DNA of 64,000 bases from an uncultured SAR86 cluster bacterium (GCA_902559885.1 CACEJU010000004.1:4526-68525); one strand, 5' to 3'; positions 22,109 through 31,578 are shown, counted from the stretch's first letter. Numbers and translations are program-made. Notes: generated from the sequence alone by a model not told the origin.

Positions 22109-23554
22109 ATGAGTTTTAAAACTTCGGAACTATCAGATATAGAAGTATATGAAACTTCCAGATCTGGTAATAGATTATCCAAACTTAATCTTAAAAATAA
22201 TACCGAAGCAAATAATATACCAACCATATCATTACAACCTAATATTCAATTTCAAGAAATACTAGGATTTGGTGGAGCTTTTACTCAAGCTTCGGCATAT
22301 CTTTACAAGCAATTAAGCCCGAAAAACCAATCAATGATCATGCAAGATTATTTTGGAGAAGAGGGCTCAAATTACTCATTCACAAGAACGCATATGGGCT
22401 CTTGTGACTTTTCTACGGAAAATTATTCATACAGTGAAGTACCAAATGATATTGATCTATCCCATTTTTCAATCAAAAGAGATATGGATGAATTAATACC
22501 AATGATTAAGGATGCTCAAGATATATCTAAATCTGGCTTTAAAATTATCTCATCTGCATGGACTGCTCCTACATGGATGAAAGATAACAATCATCTAATT
22601 GATGGAAGGCTTAAAGATGAGTATAGAAAGGTCTGGGCAAAATATTTTTCAAAATATACTCATGCATATAAAAAAGAAGGCATAGATATTTGGGGTTTTA
22701 CAGTTATTAATGAGCCACATGGTAATGGAAGTAATTGGGAGAGCATGCTTTTTACTCCACAAGAAATGAATACATTCGTAAAAAACTTCCTTGGTCCTGA
22801 ATTAGCTAATGAGGGACTAGGTTATATAAAAATTCTTGGATATGATCAAAATAGAATGGAATTACCTTTATGGGTTGATGAATTTTATAAAGATGCGCCA
22901 AATGAATACATCGATGGACTAGCCATTCATTGGTATGACAGTACTGATAATTCATTTACAAAAGAATTAAAATACGCTCACCACCAAGCTCCAAACAAAC
23001 TCTTAATTCAAACCGAAGCATGCATAGACTCTCAAATACCATCAACAAATGATGATTGGTATTGGCAAACAGATGCTACTGATTGGGGTTATCATTGGAG
23101 AAATGAAGAAATGAAATATCTTCATCCTAAGTACGCGCCAGTTTCTAGATATACCAAAGATATTATTAACTGTATGAATAATTGGGTAAATGGCTGGATA
23201 GACTGGAATCTTATTTTGGATTTTGACGGAGGTCCTAATTGGGCAGAAAATTGGTGTGGGGCACCAATTCTTGTTGATGTTCTTAGTCAAACTGTATACA
23301 AAACACCTATCTATTATGTCTTAAAACACTTTAGTAAATATGTGTTACCTGGTTCTTATAGAATAGGCTTTGAAAATGACACAGATTTACTTGTAACAGC
23401 TTTTAAAAATACTGATAACTCCATAGTTGTTATTGTTTTTAATGAAAACAAAAATTCTTCAAAATTTAAATTAAACCTCAAAAATAGGTTTAAAGAAGTT
23501 ACAATTGATGGCGAGTCAATACAAACAATAATATTCAGAGATAAAAATGACTAA
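22109..23554 (+). CDS. GH30 (subfamily 1-like) glucosidase, probable beta-1,6 debranching enzyme
   Basis: GFGGAFT, RTHMGSCDFS, TVINEP, IQTEAC and WIDWNLILD motifs; no signal peptide visible. Confidence 0.88.
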   Translation: MSFKTSELSDIEVYETSRSGNRLSKLNLKNNTEANNIPTISLQPNIQFQEILGFGGAFTQASAYLYKQLSPKNQSMIMQDYFGEEGSNYSFTRTHMGSCDFSTENYSYSEVPNDIDLSHFSIKRDMDELIPMIKDAQDISKSGFKIISSAWTAPTWMKDNNHLIDGRLKDEYRKVWAKYFSKYTHAYKKEGIDIWGFTVINEPHGNGSNWESMLFTPQEMNTFVKNFLGPELANEGLGYIKILGYDQNRMELPLWVDEFYKDAPNEYIDGLAIHWYDSTDNSFTKELKYAHHQAPNKLLIQTEACIDSQIPSTNDDWYWQTDATDWGYHWRNEEMKYLHPKYAPVSRYTKDIINCMNNWVNGWIDWNLILDFDGGPNWAENWCGAPILVDVLSQTVYKTPIYYVLKHFSKYVLPGSYRIGFENDTDLLVTAFKNTDNSIVVIVFNENKNSSKFKLNLKNRFKEVTIDGESIQTIIFRDKND

Positions 23555-24968
23555 TAAACAATCTATTTATACAGGTAGGGTTCCCTTTGCACAAAAATTA
23601 GCTTTTGGGCTTGGAATGCTTGCTAATCAGACTTTTCCTGCTGCGCAAGGATTTTTTATGGTCGTGTTGGTTCAAAATTTAGGTTTTAGCCCTTTGATGT
23701 CTGGGATTATTGGATTTATTCCAAGATTATTTGATGCAATTACAGACCCTATAATGGGTTTTATTTCTGACAATACTAGGTCATCTTGGGGTAAAAGACG
23801 TCAGTATGTTTTTGTTGGCGCAATCATAATGGGTATTTCTTTTATTGCCATGTGGCAGCTCTACAAAGAAAGTGGAATCGTATTTAATTTTTGGTATTTT
23901 TTATCACTCTCTATGGTTTTTACTATTGGTCTAACTATTTTTAGCGTTCCATTTGTAGCTATGGGTTATGAAATGACAGATGATTTTCATGAAAGAACCA
24001 AAATCATGGCTTCTGCTCAATTTATAGGCCAGTGGGCATGGATTATTATGCCTTGGGCATGGTTATTTATTTATGATCCAAGGTTTTTTACTGATCCTGA
24101 ATCAGGTGTTAGAGAGTTAGCAGTTTATGTTGGTATTGTTTGTTGTTTATTAGCTTTAATACCGGCTATTTTTGTTAAGAGCAGATCAACCATAGATGAT
24201 AAAAATTTAATTCCTATCCAAAGAGATAATATTGGATCTGGTTTAGTAGCTATTGTAAAAGGATTTAAAGATGCTTTTAATAATATTCCATTTAGAAAGT
24301 TATGCATTGCAACGTTTCTAATATTTAATTCATTTCAAACTATTGCTGGGTTTACATTTTTCATCATTGTTTATTATCTTTTTGCTGGTGATGCTGCAGC
24401 AGCAAATCCATGGCCAGCTCTTCATGGAAGTATAGGTGCGCTAATCACAGCTTTCTTGGTTATACCAATTATTACATTCATGTCTAAACGCATAGGTAAG
24501 AAAAATACTTTTATGGTATCTCAAGGTATATCACTAATTGGTTATATTCTTTTTTGGTTTTTATTTGTTCCAGGAAAGCCATATTTATTTCTTTACGCAT
24601 TACCTTTTCATTCATTTGGAATAGGTGGATTATTTACTTTGATGATGAGTATGACAGCTGATGCTTGTGATTATGAAGAATACAGAAATGGCTTACCAAG
24701 AAAAGAGGGTATTTTTGGAGCAATATATTGGTGGATGGTAAAAGTTGGAAACTCTATTGCTATTCTTCTTGGTGGATTGATTATGACATATGTTGGATTT
24801 TATCCTGAGATAGGTGCAACATCTGAAGAAAGTATCACAGGTCTAAGAATTGCATATACCTTAATTCCTATCAGTTGTACTTTATTGGCTATGTATGTAA
24901 TGCATGATTATGAAATAAATGAAAAAAGAGCAAAAGAAATATCAAACGCTCTTGAACTTAGTAGATAA
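23547..24968 (+). CDS. MFS glycoside-pentoside-hexuronide family oligosaccharide transporter
   Basis: PRLFDAITDPIMGFISDNTRSSWGKRR and ADACDYEE...RKEG motifs; multiple TM segments. Confidence 0.9.
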   Translation: MTNKQSIYTGRVPFAQKLAFGLGMLANQTFPAAQGFFMVVLVQNLGFSPLMSGIIGFIPRLFDAITDPIMGFISDNTRSSWGKRRQYVFVGAIIMGISFIAMWQLYKESGIVFNFWYFLSLSMVFTIGLTIFSVPFVAMGYEMTDDFHERTKIMASAQFIGQWAWIIMPWAWLFIYDPRFFTDPESGVRELAVYVGIVCCLLALIPAIFVKSRSTIDDKNLIPIQRDNIGSGLVAIVKGFKDAFNNIPFRKLCIATFLIFNSFQTIAGFTFFIIVYYLFAGDAAAANPWPALHGSIGALITAFLVIPIITFMSKRIGKKNTFMVSQGISLIGYILFWFLFVPGKPYLFLYALPFHSFGIGGLFTLMMSMTADACDYEEYRNGLPRKEGIFGAIYWWMVKVGNSIAILLGGLIMTYVGFYPEIGATSEESITGLRIAYTLIPISCTLLAMYVMHDYEINEKRAKEISNALELSR

Positions 24969-24987
24969 CTATATATCATAGCGCCCC

Positions 24988-25872
24988 ATGGGACGTAGGA
25001 TTGACAAAGAATTATCACTTTTAGGATTTGATGTTAATGCATTATCAGACAGCGATCTTGCAACCGTAGCACGTAAAATTTTAGAATCTAAAATTCATGG
25101 TCTTTGTTTCAGCCCTTACTCTGATGATCAAAAGCCAGGCGATAAAATAACCAAAGATCAGATATATAAGAAGCTTGAACTTATAAAATCTTATACTTCA
25201 TGGATTAGAACTTTTTCTTGTTCAGATGGAAATGAAGATGTACCAGTTATTGCAAAAGAATTAGGTTTAAAGACTCTTGTTGGTGCTTGGTTGTCTGATG
25301 ACAAAGAAAAAAATAAAAAAGAAATTGATGAGCTTATAAAATTATCTAATCAAGGCTTTGTTGACCTTGCAGCTGTAGGTAATGAAGTTTTGTATAGAAA
25401 AGAACTTGAAGAGCATGAATTAATTGATTTGATAAAATTTACCAAAAGCCAAATCCAAGGTATCAAGGTAGGTTATGTTGATGCTTATTATGAATTTACT
25501 GATAGACCAAATTTAACAGCAGCGTGTGATGTGATATATGCAAATTGTTATCCATACTGGGAGGCATGTAGTATTGATTATTCATTAATTTATATGAAAA
25601 ATATGTATTATCAAGCGCAGAGCGCTGACCCATCAAAAGAGGTTATCATTACAGAAACTGGCTGGCCAAGCGCAGGAAGTGATCTAGGTGGAGCTCATCC
25701 TTCTTATTTAAATTTCTTAAAATATTTTATTGATGCTCAAAAGTGGTCTTTAGAGGATGATATACCAATGTTTTATTTTTCATCTTTTGATGAATCCTGG
25801 AAAGTAGAATCCGAAGGTGATGTTGGGGCTTATTGGGGTCTTTTAGACGCTAAAAATAATCTAAAATTTTAA
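24988..25872 (+). CDS. GH17 glycoside hydrolase, cytoplasmic (no signal peptide)
   Basis: GLCFSPY, WIRTFS, AVGNEVLYR, ITETGWPS and FSSFDESWK motifs. Confidence 0.88.
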   Translation: MGRRIDKELSLLGFDVNALSDSDLATVARKILESKIHGLCFSPYSDDQKPGDKITKDQIYKKLELIKSYTSWIRTFSCSDGNEDVPVIAKELGLKTLVGAWLSDDKEKNKKEIDELIKLSNQGFVDLAAVGNEVLYRKELEEHELIDLIKFTKSQIQGIKVGYVDAYYEFTDRPNLTAACDVIYANCYPYWEACSIDYSLIYMKNMYYQAQSADPSKEVIITETGWPSAGSDLGGAHPSYLNFLKYFIDAQKWSLEDDIPMFYFSSFDESWKVESEGDVGAYWGLLDAKNNLKF

Positions 25873-25933
25873 AAAATTTCATTTCAGATACATCTTTTTA
25901 TTTTTTATATTTTCTGTATAATTTCGCTAAATT

Positions 25934-26128
25934 ATGGCTGATAAAAAACAACAAAAAGTATATTTAATTCCAGAAGGTGAGACTAGAGATCATCATACTT
26001 ATCACTATACTGCTATTAAGACTCGAAAGTTTATTCTTGAAAATAAGAAGATGAAGCTGAAGAAGTTTAATCCGGTAAAAAGAGTTCACGAGTGGTTTGT
26101 TGAGGCTAAATTACCACCACATAATTAA
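25934..26128 (+). CDS. rpmG: 50S ribosomal protein L33, divergent, Cys-free form
   Basis: YHYTAIK...KMKLKKFNPVKRVHEWFVE matches the L33 pattern; TATAAT shortly upstream. Confidence 0.8.
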   Translation: MADKKQQKVYLIPEGETRDHHTYHYTAIKTRKFILENKKMKLKKFNPVKRVHEWFVEAKLPPHN

Positions 26129-27231
26129 GATTTCTTTAATCGTATTTCAGTAGATGAGATATCATCTCTAAAACTTGCTTCCTCAAAACCAGTACATCTT
26201 TTTGATACGCTTTTCGGTATTGATAAATCCTTCAGCTCTAAAAACTTATTACCAACTTTTCTTCCAAATACTAAAAAATTTATATTATGGTCATTAAATC
26301 TTTCAATATGCTCTAACATGTCTTTTCTGCTTGCATAAAACTTTTCGTAAAAAACTCTCATTAAAGTATCAGCTCCTATGATAAAAACAGTATTAGGAAA
26401 CATAATCGCTTTCTCACTAAATCTTCCTGCAGATGTGATAACCCAAGAATCATTTGAATTAAATTGTTTAATTGTTTTATCAATTTCATAGAAGGTTAGA
26501 GGTGGCTTATCAGCATTATTTGCACATATTTCAAAGGTTGTTTGCATGCCTGTTTTTTTCTCAGCTATATCTCTCATTCTTAAATGGCCTGCATGAAGTG
26601 GATTGAAAGATCCTGGAAATATCAATTCGGGTTTATGTCTGTGACTAGAAATAAAATCAACTTTATTATTAAACAGTTTCTTCCAGCTTTCTTTGGCTTT
26701 TGTATTAGTTGTTATTATTTTTTCACTATGAATTGGTTTATTTGCCTTAATGCCGCAAGCTTTAGCAAGCATATTTATGACGTAAGCTGTAATTAGTTCC
26801 TCTTCTTCTTGGCGAGTTCTTGTTCCTTTTTCTAATACGCACTCAAGTGTTTTAGTGTATGAGGATGTTTGCAGAACAATATAGAATTTATGGTCTCCCT
26901 TCTTTTTATAGGTTGTGGCGAGACTTGCTGTAATTGCTAATCCAATCAAGTTGTTTTCAGATGTTCTTGGAGCTAACTGATTTGATTTTTTAAATGCCTG
27001 AGCAGCCATATTCAAGCATGTATTTAATGAACAATAATGATCTGGTTTTTTATTAATATATAAATCCATAGACTTCATAGAATATGGAATATATGTTTCT
27101 AAAATAGTCTTACTGGCCCCAGGGGTTTTCAAAAGCTCAGATATTGCATTTGTTCCGCCACCACTTGAAACCATTACAATTTTGAATGGGCTTTTATGAA
27201 TTGCTGATACTGTTTTATTATATTTATCCAT
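26125..27231 (-). CDS. CinA/PncC-like domain fused to an HxGH nucleotidyltransferase (NadD-like) domain
   Basis: N-terminal GGG..A...L..PGAS and ITASLAT; C-terminal FPGSFNPLHAGH, FIIGADT and DDISSTEIR. Confidence 0.75.
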   Translation of the reverse strand: MDKYNKTVSAIHKSPFKIVMVSSGGGTNAISELLKTPGASKTILETYIPYSMKSMDLYINKKPDHYCSLNTCLNMAAQAFKKSNQLAPRTSENNLIGLAITASLATTYKKKGDHKFYIVLQTSSYTKTLECVLEKGTRTRQEEEELITAYVINMLAKACGIKANKPIHSEKIITTNTKAKESWKKLFNNKVDFISSHRHKPELIFPGSFNPLHAGHLRMRDIAEKKTGMQTTFEICANNADKPPLTFYEIDKTIKQFNSNDSWVITSAGRFSEKAIMFPNTVFIIGADTLMRVFYEKFYASRKDMLEHIERFNDHNINFLVFGRKVGNKFLELKDLSIPKSVSKRCTGFEEASFRDDISSTEIRLKKS

Positions 27232-27272
27232 TTTTTGGATTAACTTTTAATTCTGACTGATACAATAGACCA

Positions 27273-28124
27273 ATGAAAAATATAAGACAATTTATTTTAA
27301 TATTATTTTTCTTACTTACAACATTTCCTGCTATTTCAAAAATTCATAATACAACTTTTGCTTATTGGGATAAGCCGGATGTTGATTTTTTATACACCCT
27401 CCCAAAAAAAATTGATAAAGATACTAAAATCTTATTCATTATTCATGGTAACTTGAGGAATGCCGATACCTATTTAAATGTATGGCAAGACCTTGCTAAT
27501 GAAAGAAATGTAATTTTAGTTGCTCCAGAGTTTACACGTGAAAATTTTATAAATTTTAATACCTTAATGATGTCTAAATCTAATGGGGATTTATTAAAGG
27601 ATGAAACTCTATATCTCAATGATTCAATAGAATATTTTTTCAATTTTTTTAAAAGTAAATACAAGTTACATACCAATACATACAAAATATATGGTCATTC
27701 TGCTGGCGCTCAATTTGTTCATAGATACTTATTAATCACTCAAGAGCCAGCTGTTGATCAGGCTGTTATTGCAAATGCTGGTTGGTATACGGTTATAAGT
27801 GATAATAATTATCCCTATGGTATAAGAAATATCCCAGTTGAGTTTAAAGGCAATCAATTAAAAAATTTTTTAGATTATCGGATATCTTTATTAATTGGTT
27901 CAGATGATATAGGTAATACTAGCCTTAATACGTCCGAGGGCGCAATGTTGCAGGGTTTAAATAGATATCAAAGAGCAGAAAATTTCTTTGATTATCTTTT
28001 AATGTATGGGGAGCAAAAAAATCTACCAGTTAGATGGAAGTATCAAGTAGTGGAGGGCGCTATTCATAGCAATGAAAAGATGGCACCAAGCGCATTCAAT
28101 ATTTTATTTTACGATATCAAGTAA
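27273..28124 (+). CDS. Secreted alpha/beta hydrolase
   Basis: Signal peptide; IIHG oxyanion region; GHSAGAQF nucleophile elbow; C-terminal His in GAIHS. Confidence 0.8.
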   Translation: MKNIRQFILILFFLLTTFPAISKIHNTTFAYWDKPDVDFLYTLPKKIDKDTKILFIIHGNLRNADTYLNVWQDLANERNVILVAPEFTRENFINFNTLMMSKSNGDLLKDETLYLNDSIEYFFNFFKSKYKLHTNTYKIYGHSAGAQFVHRYLLITQEPAVDQAVIANAGWYTVISDNNYPYGIRNIPVEFKGNQLKNFLDYRISLLIGSDDIGNTSLNTSEGAMLQGLNRYQRAENFFDYLLMYGEQKNLPVRWKYQVVEGAIHSNEKMAPSAFNILFYDIK

Positions 28125-29625
28125 TATCTTTTATGAATATTTTGCTCTTAGCCTGCACCTTTGATTTGAAGAGATCATCTTTTTTATCAAGAGAATTATA
28201 AATTAAGCTCATTCTAGGATTTTTTCTTAATATATTTTCACGACTAATTAAAAAATTCCAATACATAAAATTCATGGGACAAGAGTCATCTTCTATGATT
28301 GTATTAACATCATATTTACAATCTTTACAAAAATTTGACATACGATTTATATATTTACCACTTGCAGCATATGGCTTAGAGCCTACAATGCCGCCATCTG
28401 CAAATAAGGCCATTCCAAGAGTATTGGGTAACTCAACCCATTCATGAGCATCAATATAAACTCCTAGATACCAATCACAAACCTTTTGCGGATTTAGTCC
28501 TGCAATAAGAGCAAAATTGCCTGTTACCATCAATCTTTGAATATGATGAGAGTAAGCATATTCCTTAGTGTCTGAAATAGCTTTATGCATACAATACATA
28601 TCAGTTTCAGCATTCCAGTAAAACTCAGGTAATTTAGTTTTGGTATCAAAAAAATTTAAGGTTTTATATTGAGGCATATATTTCCAGTAGATGCCCCTTA
28701 TAAACTCTCTCCATCCAAGAATTTGTCTAACAAAACCCTCCACCGCATTAATAGGAGCTTGGTTATTTTTATACTCTAGTTCCACTAAATCTATTGCCTC
28801 CATAGGACATAAGAGACCATTATTAAGGTAAGGTGATATTAATGAATGAAACAATAAAGATGAATCCTTACTCATTGCATCTTGAAAATTACCATAATTA
28901 AATAAATAAGAGGATATAAACTCTTTGAGCTTAAGTTTTGCATCAGACCTAGTCACTGCCCAATTAAAGTTTTCAAGACTTCCAAAGGCATCTGGAAATG
29001 AGGTTTCAACATCAACCATCACATCAAAGGTCTCCTTGTCAGTTTTAAGAGAGTTTCTTTTTGGAATTTCATCTTTTAGTTGCTTAATACTTTTACGATT
29101 CTCTTTATCAAAGTTCCATTGACCTCCGGCTGGTTCATTATCATTCATTAAAATGTTGTATTTCTTTCTTAGCCACCTGTAATAGAATTCTTGAATGAGG
29201 GATTTTTTATCTTTCGACCAATACTCAAAATCTTCAAGTTTAGCTATGAACTTGCTGTCGTTATGAACATTAAGCTCAATGGAGTTGGTTTGAGAAAAAA
29301 ATAGTAAATCCCTTAAGATTTTATGATCACTGGGTTGAACCGTATCAATTGATGTAATGGGTTCTATTTCATTTTGATTGTTCAAGAACTTAATTAATCC
29401 AGGATGATCTTTAATTATTTTTTCATGTTTAATATTTGGATGGTTTATTTCTTGTTTAATGTGTCTTAGTGAACTAATTAAAAAGGCGATTTTTTGTTTA
29501 TGATGCGGTATTTCATAAAAGTTATCTAAAGGTTCAAACAAAATTATTTGATCATAAGACTCAAGATTTAAGAAGAGATAACTTTTATTTGAAAGTTGGT
29601 CAGGAAAAATTAAGGCTATTTTCAT
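28117..29625 (-). CDS. Cryptochrome/photolyase of the FeS-BCP (PhrB/CryB) class
   Basis: HHKQKI, GGQWNFDKENR, HHIQRLMVTGNF, WVELPN and KPYAASGKYINRMSNFCKDC motifs; four Cys candidates for a 4Fe-4S cluster. Confidence 0.93.
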   Translation of the reverse strand: MKIALIFPDQLSNKSYLFLNLESYDQIILFEPLDNFYEIPHHKQKIAFLISSLRHIKQEINHPNIKHEKIIKDHPGLIKFLNNQNEIEPITSIDTVQPSDHKILRDLLFFSQTNSIELNVHNDSKFIAKLEDFEYWSKDKKSLIQEFYYRWLRKKYNILMNDNEPAGGQWNFDKENRKSIKQLKDEIPKRNSLKTDKETFDVMVDVETSFPDAFGSLENFNWAVTRSDAKLKLKEFISSYLFNYGNFQDAMSKDSSLLFHSLISPYLNNGLLCPMEAIDLVELEYKNNQAPINAVEGFVRQILGWREFIRGIYWKYMPQYKTLNFFDTKTKLPEFYWNAETDMYCMHKAISDTKEYAYSHHIQRLMVTGNFALIAGLNPQKVCDWYLGVYIDAHEWVELPNTLGMALFADGGIVGSKPYAASGKYINRMSNFCKDCKYDVNTIIEDDSCPMNFMYWNFLISRENILRKNPRMSLIYNSLDKKDDLFKSKVQAKSKIFIKDIT

Positions 29626-30656
29626 GATTTAGATAATTTTAAGTTATGGGATAAGACGCTCTTTCCATTTATATCAAAGATATTCAATTCTAGTAACTTT
29701 TGCTCTGAATAAATTTTTATAAATCCAAAATTTTCTTTTATATATGTTTTATCTAAAGCCAATTCATCATCTTCATAAAACACCCAATCCATAGCTTGAT
29801 CAAAATATTTTTCAAAACCTTTTTTTTCAGAAAATGTTTTAATGGGTTTATTCATTGATGAGGAGGTTATCTCAATAATTTCATCAAGCTTATACATTCC
29901 AGCTCTGTGTCTATCACCTGAAAGTATGAGTGTCTTATTTGATGAGTTGTTAATTAATTTAATTAGCTTGTCTCTCTCAGCAGGGAAAAGACTCCATTTC
30001 TCAAACCTATGATCAGTAGAAAGAACTTGAATTGAAGAAAGTAAAATTACCAGATCAACTTCTTCATTAAATTCATTTTCTAACCACTGCCATTGAGTTG
30101 CACCTAAAATTGACGCGTTCTCATCATTATTATTTAGGTAAAAATTCTTATTACCTTTAAGATCAGATCTGAAGTATCTAGTATCCAAACCAATAATTTT
30201 TATATTTAAATCTTGAATGACTAATTTTTCAGAAAAATAAATTCCTTCTCTTTTAGCTCTTTGATCATTGGGATCAATACCCCAAAAATCTATAAAAATA
30301 TTTTGAGACTCTTTTTTCCCCATAAATGAAGCGCCACCGTCATTCAAGCCATAATCATGATCATCCCATATTGAATATATTTTTAAGGTATTTAGCCACC
30401 TTGGTAATTTAGTTTCTTGCTGATCATATGCCTCATATAAATATGCAAGATTTTGAGAAGGGTGGTCTCCGTATACATTATCTCCAAGAAAAATAAATGC
30501 ATTTGGATCCATTTTTTCAATACTATGCCATATAGGCTGAGCTTTACGTTGATCTAGGCATGAACCAAAGGCTATAGAATAATCGCTAGCCAATAATAAT
30601 TGTTTATGAAATAAAACAAATATAAAAAATATAAAAGTAGAAACTTTTTTGGACAT
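29622..30656 (-). CDS. phoD: PhoD-family alkaline phosphatase/phosphodiesterase (short form)
   Basis: IAFGSC, FLGDNVYGD, WDDHDYG, LDTRYFR and LSGDRH motifs. Start moved to ATG 30656 (MSKKV + hydrophobic stretch). Confidence 0.9.
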   Translation of the reverse strand: MSKKVSTFIFFIFVLFHKQLLLASDYSIAFGSCLDQRKAQPIWHSIEKMDPNAFIFLGDNVYGDHPSQNLAYLYEAYDQQETKLPRWLNTLKIYSIWDDHDYGLNDGGASFMGKKESQNIFIDFWGIDPNDQRAKREGIYFSEKLVIQDLNIKIIGLDTRYFRSDLKGNKNFYLNNNDENASILGATQWQWLENEFNEEVDLVILLSSIQVLSTDHRFEKWSLFPAERDKLIKLINNSSNKTLILSGDRHRAGMYKLDEIIEITSSSMNKPIKTFSEKKGFEKYFDQAMDWVFYEDDELALDKTYIKENFGFIKIYSEQKLLELNIFDINGKSVLSHNLKLSKS

Positions 30657-30684
30657 GTTAAAATTATAATACCTTAGATAAATT

Positions 30685-31422
30685 ATGAAAAAAATCTTCT
30701 TATCATCACTGATTCTTTTACTTGCAGCTTCTTGTTCTAAAGAAAATGAATTGCAGGACCTTAATTCATTAATTATTTTAGATAATGTATATGAACAGGC
30801 TTTTATTTCGTGCACACTTAAACCCGATAGCTCTTTAATCAATTTTGATAGATTTGTTGATGTTTTTATTGCAGACCATCAAGATAAATTTGATGACATT
30901 GCAGACTTAAACATATTCTTTTTAGATCAAGCTGAGTCTGTTAATAAATTTATATTTGAGGTAAAAGTGGATCAAGATGCTGATGAGAAAAATAAAATTG
31001 AAATCTTAAATATCTTTAATGATGAAAATCTACAAAATGAGGCCTCATGTGAAACCTTAATTAATCTTTATCAAGGATCTACCCTAAAAGACTTTGAAAA
31101 CAATAATCCTAAGCCAAGATTGTATGCTGAAATATTAGATTGTAATTATTCTAAAGACTCTAATTACGGGACTTTTAGATTAGCAATAGAGAGTCTAATC
31201 AATCATATCAATAAATTTAGTATTGATTACCAAATAGGCTATGTCGATAAGGGCGCTAATCAATTTTATTGGATTAATTATTATTCTAACAAAGATGCTT
31301 TATCTAAATTACAAGAGATCTGGTTAAGTGATAGAGAGGCATCTGAAAACATAAAAAATGAATTTGAGCTTAACGCTCAATGTAATACTTCAAGATATTA
31401 TAATTTTTTTGAATTAATTTAA
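30685..31422 (+). CDS. Hypothetical lipoprotein
   Basis: MKK + hydrophobic stretch + lipobox AASC; no recognised family. Confidence 0.7.
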   Translation: MKKIFLSSLILLLAASCSKENELQDLNSLIILDNVYEQAFISCTLKPDSSLINFDRFVDVFIADHQDKFDDIADLNIFFLDQAESVNKFIFEVKVDQDADEKNKIEILNIFNDENLQNEASCETLINLYQGSTLKDFENNNPKPRLYAEILDCNYSKDSNYGTFRLAIESLINHINKFSIDYQIGYVDKGANQFYWINYYSNKDALSKLQEIWLSDREASENIKNEFELNAQCNTSRYYNFFELI

Positions 31423-31469
31423 CTTAATCTTGTTTATGATTAATAATCTGAGATAATAGCCAAGCTATT

Positions 31470-31545
31470 GCGGGTGTGGTGTTAATGGCTAGCACAATAG
31501 CCTTCCAAGCTATTGGTACGGGTTCGAATCCCGTCACCCGCTCCA
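31470..31545 (+). tRNA. tRNA-Gly (anticodon TCC)
   Basis: Acceptor stem GCGGGTG/CACCCGC; anticodon arm ATAGC-CTTCCAA-GCTAT; T-loop GGTTCGAATCC; encoded CCA end. Confidence 0.96.
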
Positions 31546-31548
31546 ATT

Positions 31549-31578
31549 AAAATGAGTAGGCATTTTCATACCTACTCA
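31549..31578 (-). terminator. Intrinsic terminator-like hairpin between tRNA-Gly and pilD
   Basis: TGAGTAGG (31553-31560) / CCTACTCA (31571-31578); T-run follows on the minus strand. Confidence 0.6.

Noticed and set aside
30657-30842. 62-codon N-terminal extension of phoD in the ORF track
   Set aside because: It overlaps the divergent lipoprotein gene; ATG 30656 gives a plausible signal peptide and removes the overlap
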